A stretch of DNA of 64,000 nucleotides from Felis catus (lineage: Eukaryota), in assembly GCF_018350175.1 (NCBI RefSeq), contig NC_058369.1, positions 25,794,001 through 25,858,000 on the forward strand, read 5' to 3'. Shown here piece by piece: positions 12,827 to 23,468 of the stretch (positions are counted from its first letter, which is position 1; the number at the start of each line of letters is the position of its first letter). The translations under genes and the position numbers were made by a program. The notes beneath the pieces are model-generated. The model did no database searches, was not told the DNA's origin, and saw only the letters and a program-made list of their open reading frames with translations.

Positions 12827-13595
12827 CACAGCTTTTTCTTTCTTTCTTAAAAAAAGTTATTTTAATGTTATATATAATTTAACGTTATTTTAAATATTAT
12901 TATGTTGCACAGTTTAGTTTCTCAATAGCCACTCAAGAACTAGATCTTTTCATGGCCAAAGATCCAATCATTTCACAAATATTTTCATGCTACTATGTGC
13001 CAGGCACTGTGCTAGGTGCTGAAGAAACAACAGAAAGCAAAACCAGACAGATCCTTCCTCTTAAAATGCTTACAGTCCAGAGGAAAAGCGAACATTAATG
13101 AAGATGTTATAGTCATACCACATTACAAATTGTTACAAGTGCTATGAAAGACAAATACAAAGATCCATGAAAGAGATTAAGAGTAAACTGTTTTCCTCAA
13201 AATAAAGTTTCCATAATTCCAAGTGTTTTTTTTTTTTTTTTTAAGTTAACTCTGTACCCAATGTGGGGTTTGGACTCACAAGTGTGAGGTCAAGAGTCAC
13301 ATGCTCTACCAACTGAGCCGGCCAGGTGCCCCTCCAAGTGAATTTCTTCAAAGGACTATAGGGCAATCCCTCCCCCTACTGCATTAGTCTGTAAATGTAC
13401 CAGCCCAGCCCTAGTCAGAAAGACAATAGGAGATCTAGTGGTTTTCTCAGAGCAAAACCAAGAGGTTCTGCCTTTATTTTTCCATTGTGTTCATCGTTAT
13501 CATTTTCAAAGATAAATGGAAGAGGAAAATCATTCAGACAAAAACATCCTAAAGAGTAAAAGATTACCATTTGAAAGGCAAATACAAATGCGGAT

Positions 13596-14087
13596 GTATT
13601 CCTTTCCTACTGCTGCTATAACGAATTACCACAAGTTCAGTGGCTTAAATCAACACAAATTTATTATCTTAAATTCTGTAGGTCAGAAGTCCACCTGTGT
13701 CTCGCTAGGCTAAAGCACAGTGTTGGCAGAACTGAGTTCCCTTCTGGGGGCTCTAGGAGAGTATCCGTTTCCTTGTCTTTTTCCAGCTCCTTGAGGCTTC
13801 CTTCATTCCTCGGTTCATGGCCCCCCTTTCTCCGTCTTCAAAGCCAGCAAGAGGGTTACTTCTCATGTCACATCTCTCTCACCTACCCTCTGCCTCCCTC
13901 TCTACTTTTAGGACTCATGTGATTAAAAGTAGATCCACCCAGATAATCCAGAATAATCTCCCCAGCTCAAGTTCTGTACCCTTCATCATACCTGCAAAGT
14001 CTCCTTTGCCATGTACTGTAACATATTCATAAATTCTGGGGACTAGGACATGGATATCTTTGAAGGGCCATTATACTGCCTACTACG
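13596..14087 (-). mobile_element. MaLR solo LTR (MLT1C/D-like)
   Basis: 'tgctgctataacgaattaccacaagttcagtggcttaaatcaacacaaatttattatctt' ... 'gataatccagaataatctccc' ... 'ttatactgcctactac'. Confidence 0.82.
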
Positions 14088-14891
14088 GAAAGCATGAAAA
14101 ATGTTCTTGTTAAGGATGAAAAAAAAATAGAGGTGCTTCATTCTGTGTGGACAAAGCAATGGGTACAAGATGATGCTATTTTTTCTGGGTAGTACCAAAT
14201 TGCTTATGGTAGTTATCTCTGGGCACTGGAATTATGGGTGGTTTTTCTTTATGCTTATCTGTTTTCCAACTTTTCTACATTAAAAATAAGATGCTAAAAA
14301 ACAACAACAACAACAAAAACCACAACCCAAACCCAACCTCATATATTGTGATTATTTAGGAGAATGTCTGAATTGTTAGGAAAGGCATGCTGATCTGTTT
14401 CGGAGTAAAGTATATTGGTGTCTGCAACTTAACTGCCACAAAGTCCAGAAAACAGGTAAATAGATATGGCTAAATGGTAACAACTTTGAATCAAGAAGGG
14501 GTATATATATGTGTTCATTGCAATTTTATTTCAATTTTCCTGTACATTTGAAAATTTTTATAATAAAAAGTTATAATAAAATGCAAAATTTTAATGGGAA
14601 GAGATTCTATATTGATTCTATATTATTCTCGTTATCATTTCCAAGAATAACTTCAGAGTCTAATCTAGAGTGAGAAGATGTTACGAAATCAAGGCAAGTT
14701 CTCTTCTGCAACCATCTTTGCCACTGATACCAAGTTAAATAATTAGATCTCAGGAAATGGGGAAATGGACCTGTCTGGTTTCACCTAACAAGATCTCATT
14801 TCCATACAGATGCCTTTTCACTAATTTCTCCTACAGCATTTCATGTGTTGTGCTTGTCAACATACTAGACTCGTACAGAGAAGACTGGGAA

Positions 14892-15056
14892 GAGGACCAG
14901 CTCCATAATGTGAAGGGCCTAGTGCAAAATGAAAATGAAGGCCCCTTTGTTAAAAAAAAAAAAAAAGAAAAAAAAAGTATGAAGAATTTCAAGACTGCAG
15001 AGTCCTTCCAAGTGCTGTCCCCATGTAAGGCTACACCAACCATGAAATTGGCCCTG
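14892..15056. mobile_element. Second MER45A-like fossil
   Basis: Shares 'agtgcaaaatgaaaatg' and 'aagaatt' blocks with 6927-7088 and ends 'catgaaattggccctg'. Confidence 0.65.
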
Positions 15057-15459
15057 TACAAAGCTCAGCGGACTCCACCAATGACCTCCCCACCAAGCCT
15101 CATACCTGGGCATGCTTGGTGGGGATGAGAATGGAAGAGGAGCAGGCACTTCAGACTCATCTTACTGCGCAGGTCTCTTCACTCCATTTCAACCAGTCTT
15201 CATAGGGATGCTGAAGACCAAAGATCCCTGGGAAATCTATCAATTCTCCAAATGATAGCCATTTGGTAAGATGCTATTGACTATTATCTGTGACAGTGTT
15301 GTACAGTAGCAGGAACAATGTATTTATTTAAAACAAAAGCTCTAATGGAATTTGTTAAAAGGAAACACAAATAATTATGTTAAAAAATGATTCAAAATGT
15401 CATAGTTTTCCCAGAATAAAGGATATACTTAAAACATTTTCTTTTTAAATCACTAGATG

Positions 15460-15678
15460 TGGGCTTTGGTGGCTCAGTTGGTTACACATCCAACTTCAGC
15501 TTATGTCATGATCTCGTGGTTTGTGAATTTGAGCCCCACGTTGGGCTCTGTGCTGACAGCTCAGAGCCTGGAGCCTGTTTCAGAGTCTGTGTCTCCCTCT
15601 CTTTCTGCCCTTCCCCTACTCACACTCTGTCTCTGTCTCTCTCTCAAAAGTAAATAAACATTAAAAATTTTTTTTAAG
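15460..15678 (+). mobile_element. CanSINE
   Basis: Full body with TSD aaatca(c/a)tagatg. Confidence 0.93.
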
Positions 15679-18268
15679 AAATCAATAGATGAAATAAACC
15701 ACCACATAGAAACAATATCTGATATTTTAATTGGTAATTAAGTTATTTAAAAACAAATCCAAATATACGAATAAAAAAAATCATAAAAAATGCCTTATGT
15801 GGCTTTCTGACCCATCTCTTTTATTCTTAAGCATTTGCTGCATTCCAAGTAATGTTCTTAAGTTGATTATAAAAAACAAGAGAACACTTGAAGTAATCAA
15901 AAGGGAACTGACACAGGATTGACAAAAATGAACATAATTTCTTCCCCTCCTTACCCCCCTCTCCCCAATACAGGCTTTTTGCTATTGATAAAGTATTGAT
16001 CACTTTTAGGGATAAGGCTTCTGGTGTTGATTTTCCCATTTCTAGTAAATTATATGGTACTTTTAAAAGGGCATGCCTCATGTGGCTTAGAAAAACATCT
16101 GGAAGGATATAGCTAACAAACCGTTAACAGTAGTTGGCTATAGACTGAAGATTTGTGATGAGGCTGGAAAGGATTTTATTTTCCTTACTTTGCCTATTTG
16201 AATATATGCAATGAATATGTATCAGTTTTATATAGCCAAAAAAATCAGTAAAGATATTTTTAAAAAGAAGGAAAAAAACCCAGCATGTACTTTACATCTA
16301 GTATGCTGATTTAGGATCAGTCACTTAATCTTTTTGAGCCTCAGTTTCCCTATTTATAAAATGGGATTAGTATCACACAAAGATGTCATAAGGAAAATGC
16401 CTTCCCACGTGGTAAATACATACTCAATAAAAGTCCCTTTTCTGAGCCTCAGGTTCTTTGCCTGCAAAATGAGGGAGCTGGATTAGTTGTCCGTGATCCT
16501 TTTGAGAGTTAATATTCTGATTCCCTCTATTTATGTTCACAGAAAAAGATTGCTAAATGAAAAATAAATGTCTTTACTTGTCTTCAGGTAATTAGTTTTC
16601 CCCTATTTCCTGAAGAACCAGGAAACCAAAAACAGATGAGTAGTTCCTCTGGAATGTCTGAGCCACTCCACCCTGGGCACCTGGGAAATGATAGGGTATT
16701 TCCACTCATTAGCATCTCCCTAATGAGGAGAGGCTTCTTTATTGAAAAGAGGATGAAACCTTAGTTTTAATAAGCTATTGTGTGTCATAAAAAATATTAT
16801 ATACTCTCAATTTTAACTTTTGACTACTGCAGACCTCTTTAATTAGTTTGCCTACCGATATTTGCAATCCAGATACTCTGCTTAAGCAGTTATGCAAAAT
16901 TTCCATAATTCATTATAAACTATGTCATTGGTTAAAGTCCAATTAAATCAGTATCACTTAGGGGGGTTGTATATTAAGTGTGAGTTTACAGAGTTGTCTC
17001 CTACACATCTGAAATATTAATAATGGCCTATCTTTCATGGTTCCAGGGTACTGATTTTACAGTTCTCTCTTTGCTTTTCTGAGATTGAAAACAAGCATGG
17101 ATCATAACAGTGGTAGTAGTTATCAGTCTACTAAAAAGGTAAACATTTTAAAAAGGAGAGAAAGTTACAACAGTGGGAATATTACCATTGTAAATTTCTC
17201 AAAATGTGACACATATACATACATATATATTTTTTTTAAGTAGGCTCCATGCCCAAAATGGGGCTTGAACTCACAACTCTGAGATCAAGGGTTGTATGCT
17301 CTACCAACTGAGCCAGCCAAGCACCCCAAAACATGCCACATTTTTTTATTTAATTAAAATATTGTATGGATACAGAATCATAGAGAGGAACACCCACATG
17401 GCTTAGAATTCAAAATATCTCATGTATGAGATTTCTTAATTTAAGCCTTTTCTGTGCCTGCCGAATACCAGTGGGTGAAGAACGCCTTCAGTGCCATTTT
17501 GGCATTTCTAGCACCCCGCATAACTTGGTCGGATTCTTTACCCTTCCAGGTTATAGCAATCCCAGATTTTCTCACAGGAAAAAAAAAAAAAAAGCCTTAT
17601 TCTGTTTGTTTTAAGAGATAGTGTAGTAAAACTCAACATAAGGAGATACTTTTTATTTCCACATTTATGAACAAATTTCTCCATATATGAATTAGGATAA
17701 CACAACTTGCTCTTTACTGTGGAAGGCTGAGGGAATTCTTACTGTTAGTTAAGAACAAAAAAACTTAACATTGTCTGAGTATCTACTATTTTGGGGGCAT
17801 CATGGAAGGAAGGCACTTTGTCTTGCATTATGTTACTTAATCCTAACAAAACTCTGTGAGGTATTATCTACTTTTTTCAAATAAGGAAACAGACTTAGAG
17901 AAGCTAAATAATTTACTGTTTACAGTGTTGGTAAATGGTGATGCAATGTCTGATTCTGACACCTTGATTTTCATTACTCTGATCTTCTAGGAGGAAGATG
18001 AAAATGTTCTGAAGTCTGTTGTTTGCCCTCAAGTCGTTCAGCCATTGAAACTCATTTCTGTGCCCCTCTCCTTGACCAACTCCTACCCTTATGTTTCATT
18101 CAGTAACATAGGCCTACTTATAATTGTCTTAAAGTCTTGTTCTCTCAACTTTTTTGGTCTTTGTTTATGATGTTTTCTTGGCCTAAAATTTCATTATCCC
18201 ACTACTACCAGACTAACTGCCCTACTTCTACTCATTTTTCAAGTCTCAGTTTAAATTACTCCACAGTG

Positions 18269-18378
18269 CAGAGCCTGGAGCCTGTTTCCGATTCTGTGTC
18301 TCCCTCTCTCTCTGCCCCTCCCCCGTTCATGCTCTGTCTCTGTCCCAAAAATAAATAAACGTTGAAAAAAAATTTTTT
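18269..18378 (+). mobile_element. 5'-truncated CanSINE
   Basis: Starts mid-body at 'cagagcctggagcctg'. Perfect 18-bp TSD ttaaattactccacagtg at 18251-18268 and 18379-18396. Confidence 0.93.
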
Positions 18379-18396
18379 TTAAATTACTCCACAGTG

Positions 18397-19975
18397 TTGT
18401 ATGGTCAATTAAGCTTCGACAAAGGAGGCCAGAATATGCAATGGGAAAAAGCCTCTTCAATAAATGGTGTTGGGAAAACTGGACAGTTACATGCAAAAGA
18501 ATGAAACTGGACCACTCTCTTATATCATATAAAAAAAACCCCAAAACTTCAAATGGATTAAGACCTAACTGTGAGACCTGAAACCATAAAAATCCTAGAA
18601 GAAAGTGCAGGCAGAATTTCTCTGACATCAGCCTTAGCAACATTTTTCTAGATATATCTCCTGAGGCAAGGGAGACAAAAGCAAACAAACTGTTGGGACC
18701 ACATCAAAATAAAAAGCTTCTGCACAACAAAGGAAACAATTAACAAAACTAAAAGACAACCTATTGAATGGGAGAAGATATTTGCAAACGACATAGCCAA
18801 TACAAATTTAAGCATTTAAAATGTATAAATAACATATAATTCAACACCACAAAAACAAGTAATTCAATTAAAAAATGGGGAGATGATATGGACAGACATT
18901 TTTCCAAAGAAGACATACAGGTGGCCAACAGATACATGAAGAGATGCTCAGCATCACTCATCTTCAGGGAAATGCAAATTGAAACCACAATGAGATATCA
19001 CTGCACACTTGTCAGAATGGCTAAAATAAAAAACACAAGAAACAAATATTGATGAGGATGAGGAGAAAAAGGAACCCTCGTGCACTATTGGTAGGAATGC
19101 AAACTGGTACAACCACTGTGGAAAACAGAATAGAGATTCCTCAAAAAATTAAAATAGAATTACCCTACAATCAAGTAATCGTACTACTGGGTATTTACCC
19201 AAAGCAAAGGAAAACACTAATTCGTAGGGATATGTGCACCCCTATGTTTATTGCAGCATTATTTACAATGGCCAAATTATGGAAGCAGCCCAAGTTCCAT
19301 CAATTTATGGATGAATGGATAAAGAAGAGGTGGTGTACATATATACAACAGAATATTATTCAGCCATAAAAAAAGAATAGAATCTTGACATTTGCAACAA
19401 CATGGATGGATCTAGAGAGTATAATGCTGAGCAAAATAAGTCAGAGAAAGACAAATACCATATGATTTCACTCATCTCTGGAATTTAAGAAATAAACAAA
19501 GAAAGGAGACAAGCTAAAAACCAGACATTTAACTATAAAGAACAAACAGATGGTTACCAGAAGGGAGGTGGTGGGTGGGGCGGATGGGTGAAATAGGTGA
19601 AGGGGATTAAAGAGCACACTTATCATGATAAGCACTGAGTAATATGTAGAATTATTAAATCATATTGTATGCCTGAAACATATTAATATAACACTGTGTG
19701 TTAACTACACTGGAATTAAATTTTTTAAAATTTATGTATATTTTTAAATTTATTTCTAAAGTTTATTTATTTATTTTGAGAGAAAGAGAGACAAGCAGGG
19801 GAGGGGCAGAGAGAAAGGGAGAGAGAGAATCCCAAGCAGGCTCTGCACTAGCACGTCATGGGCTCGAGCTCACAAACTGTGAGATCATGACCTGAACTGA
19901 AACCAAGAGTTGGATACTTAACTGACTGAGCCACCCAGGTGCCCCTGGAATTAAAAATTTTTAAATAAAATAAAA
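18397..19975 (+). mobile_element. 5'-truncated carnivore L1 (ORF2 3' part and 3'UTR) with a minus-strand CanSINE (~19745-19945) in its tail
   Basis: ORF 19049-19369 contains the L1 ORF2 C-terminal motif 'IELPYNQVIVLLGIYPK...CTPMFIAALFTMAKLWKQPK'. The nested SINE is flanked by 'ctggaattaaa'. Confidence 0.93.
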
Positions 19976-21899
19976 TAAACTACTCTGCCATGCTCCCATT
20001 ACTCTTGATATACTCTTGATATACTTATAACAGCAAGTTTCTTACTATATCATCATCTGCATTAAGAGCAGCTTGAGGGAGTTGGGTTTTTTTTTTTCAC
20101 TGTTGTAGGGCTTTTCAAAGTAGCTATTTCCCAGTAGGCAGTCAATTAAATATTTCTAGAATGAACTAATGAAATCATGTACAAATAACTTATAAATTCA
20201 TTGCCCAGAACGCATCAGAGATTTGTGGAGGGACCTGTATTACTTTATTCCACATAAGCCTAAAAGTTACCAGAAATGAAAACTTTTTACCCTCTTATAT
20301 TAAAACTTTTCAACATATCTTTATTTTTTCCCAGAATAAAGTACCTGGAACGCTGTAGTAGTTCAATGCATATTTGCTGAATTAGTGAAGAGTCCTAGAA
20401 AAGTACACAAATACCCAGTATCTTTATAATCTAATGCATATTCTTTTCTCCAGACTCATTTTGTGCCACTCCTTCTTTATCCTGTAATAATGAGTAACAG
20501 TATGTAATTTTCATTCATGCATCAAATATTTATTTCACTATTATGCGCCAGGCACATTGGTCCACTGTTTCAAATAGCTTTGTTCCTTTCTTGCTATTCT
20601 CTTTTACTGGACATTTAAAAAGCCATTCAATAAATACTGTATTTATTGTGGTTTTCCTACCTTCCTTCATTCAGTTCAGTTACCTCCCTCAGAAGGCAGT
20701 CCCTGACACCTTTAGCACTCACTGTTTGCTTCCATCTTAGCCCTCATTACATCAAAGTGAAATATCTATGCGTTTGTCTCCTCCCCACCGCCCTTCCTAT
20801 ACCACAGTATCCAGGTGTGCTTTCAGAGGACAGGGATTGAGGTTTTGTTCAACTGTGTCTCCAGGGCCCAGCACAGAACTTGGGACAGGTAGGACAGGGC
20901 CAAACTCCTATATGTAAGTATTGAAATGAATTCTCCCAATAACAGGTGAGTTATGTATCATCTCCAAGTAATAGATGAGAAAAAGAGGCTTGAAAGGGTT
21001 TAGAAAAGTTTTAGATAAACTCAAGGTCACACAGTGGTAGAGCCTGTTGTCAAAGGAATTTGAAGAATGAAGCCACCATTGGTTCTAAATGAATAAAACT
21101 CCTTCCCACCATCTTTTCTTGAAATTTTCTTTTAGGTTTTGTATTTTTTCCTTCTACAGACTCGTCATCTACCATAATATTATGAATGGGGACTATACAC
21201 TCTTTTTTTTCATATTGGAAATTGTTTGACCTTTCTCTGGAAGCACGGTGATTTTAAACTTTCTGAAGTCACACTCTTTCCGGGGTAGAATCTGCATTGG
21301 AGCCCTGGGGGACGTGATAGGTCCCAAGAGAAGAATGGTCATTCGAAATGGAATGCGGAGACTAAGAGTTTTTCTCTGGGCAGGATTCTCAGAAGACTTT
21401 TGCAGGGGGAGGAGGGATCTCATTTTAGATGCACAAATCCTGAGACTTGTGGGAATCTGGTTGGCCACACCTAAGGCGGCTGTAGGGGACTGTGTTGCCC
21501 ACAGCTAAGATGACTGCAAATGAACATCTCCTTCGGATGTGTCTGTTCTCTTCGCTCGTTGGTATCTTCAACGAGAAGTATGATGAGTAAAATTTAGTAA
21601 AAGCTGGTGTCTTCTTACCAAGATGGTAACGCAGGAAGTTGTCACGTTTTGTTTGGAAGGCCTTCAACAGGTCAAATTTTCTCTTGCCCTTAACCAAAAT
21701 GGTTGTAAAGGTTGTCCCATGGTTTGAAGCTTTCAGCCCTTAACTAACATGGCGCCTGGAGGCTCCTTAAAAATTAGCGTGCCCTCTTCTCTGCCCTTGA
21801 CCATCATGGCTTCCACGGCGTCGAACACGTGACGACCCTGGACTACGGCGCGGGAGAGGGGGTAGGAGGGCCCTTGAAGGGTGCGCGTTCCCGTGGCGG

Positions 21900-21950
21900 T
21901 GCACCGGGTAGGTTTCAGTCAGAGTCACTATGGCGGCCGGCGCTGGCAAG
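21900..21950 (+). other. SLMAP: Predicted first exon of SLMAP (TSS not determinable; donor at 21950/21951)
   Basis: Strong donor AAG|GTAAGC. A matching branch-like CTGAC (22124-22128), pyrimidine tract and CAG|G acceptor at 22158/22159 define a 208-bp intron. Confidence 0.6.
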
Positions 21951-23270
21951 GTAAGCTGAGGCGGTGGTGGCGGCGGCGAGGGAGGCTGGACCCGTCGTGG
22001 CGTTCGGGCTCTAAATCCCAGCAGCTCGTCCGCGGAGAGGTCGGCCGAGGTCTTGGCCAGTCGTGGGGACTGGCAAGGGGCGGGTTGAAGGGGGTGCGGG
22101 CTGAGGCGGGCGGGCACCGACGCCTGACGGCCGTTTGTTTTGATGTTTTCCCCACCAGGTCGGAAAGTTTCCTGCCTTGTCGGGCACAGCCTGAGCGTGT
22201 TCCACCGGCCGCGAGTGGTGGAGGCTGCGGCGGACCCAGCCCGGGGCCTCCAGGCCTCTCCCCCAATCTCCGGGCCAGCCTCCCTCCCCCACCTCCTCGT
22301 CCGCTGGGAGCTGCGGCTGCCGTCCCTGAGATGCGACCCTCGTGGGGGCGACCCTGAAGGAAGGCTGCCCGTGTGCTGAGCAGCAGCCAGGAGCTCAGAC
22401 GTCCAGGGACCAACTTCCTGCCGGCCGAGACCCCCCAAGCCTCCCCGGGGTTGCGCCTCGCTCGGTCCGCACCGGCCTGCCGAGCCGGATCCCCGCCCTG
22501 GGCGCGGGGACGCCCGCCAGGTGCCCGGGAGTCCCCACTCGGCCGCTGCCCGCGCCTCTGCCTGTCCCCGTTCCTCGCGCCAAGGACCCCAGCCACCGCT
22601 GCCTCGGCTCGTGCCAGGGACCCCGTGCCACCTCCCGGGTGGCCTCCGTGCGGCAAGAGCAATGCAGACTGTCCCGCTGGCCGTCTAGACCCCCTCACCG
22701 ACCCCCTCGCCCCTGCCCTTCCACTCTCGAGGCCCTCGAAGACGGGCGGTGGCTGCCCAGAGGTGCTCGGCTACACCTTCCTTCGGCCCAAAAGGACCTT
22801 CCTGGCCGCACGGAACCGACCCTTCCTTCATGCTGCAGTGCTGCAACATTTCCGCTACCGAGGGGGAAAAGCGGCCGCGATCCCAAACAAAACACAAGAA
22901 TTGGTGTGTGACTCATCTGCTTGGATACCTCCAGTCCCTGAACTGTCTTCCAGGAGTTTTCTTAGCCGGAGCTGACCGATGTTTGAGCCTTTTCTTCCCA
23001 GGGAAGAGGATGGACTGAAAGCTGCCAGTCGGGGACTTTGTCTGATCAGGGCGCTGCTGGGTTTTAAAGGAGGTGATGGGGCTTGCGCTGGCTTGTCTTC
23101 CCACTCAAGTGAAGAGTTGTTGATGTTCACTGGTTATGCTTAGACAATGCGCAGTTTGTTTTAATTTAAAATTTTGGGGGGGATAGGGGTATAAGCTTGT
23201 GAAGGGCAGTCCGGATCCGGTGGAACTCCTCTTTGTCCCTTGGTAGGAGAGACACCCCAGTCTGTCCTCG

Positions 23271-23468
23271 ATGCCGTCAGCCTTGGCCATCTTCACTTGC
23301 CGCCCGAACTCGCACCCATTTCAGGAGCGCCATGTCTACCTGGACGAACCTATTAAAATCGGCCGCTCCGTGGCCCGCTGTCGACCAGCTCAGAATAATG
23401 CTACCTTTGATTGCAAAGTGCTGTCAAGGAACCACGCTCTCGTCTGGTTTGATCACAAGACGGGCAAG
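23271..23468 (+). CDS. SLMAP: SLMAP (sarcolemma-associated protein, STRIPAK subunit) first coding exon, residues 1-66, N-terminal half of the FHA domain
   Basis: Translation [66 protein letters not shown] is recognisable as the SLMAP N-terminus, with FHA motifs GR and SRNHA. It ends at a phase-0 donor AAG|GTAATG after 198 nt. Confidence 0.97.

Noticed and set aside
21193..21697. Two minus-strand ~90-aa ORFs just upstream of the promoter, a possible divergent gene
   Set aside because: They have non-ATG starts, lie in different frames and show no recognisable homology or splice structure. A divergent lncRNA cannot be excluded but has no support here.
21767..22975. Long overlapping ORFs on both strands (158-256 aa)
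   Set aside because: They are Pro/Arg/Gly/Ala-rich products of stop-poor CpG-island sequence, mostly start at non-ATG codons and show no recognisable domain.
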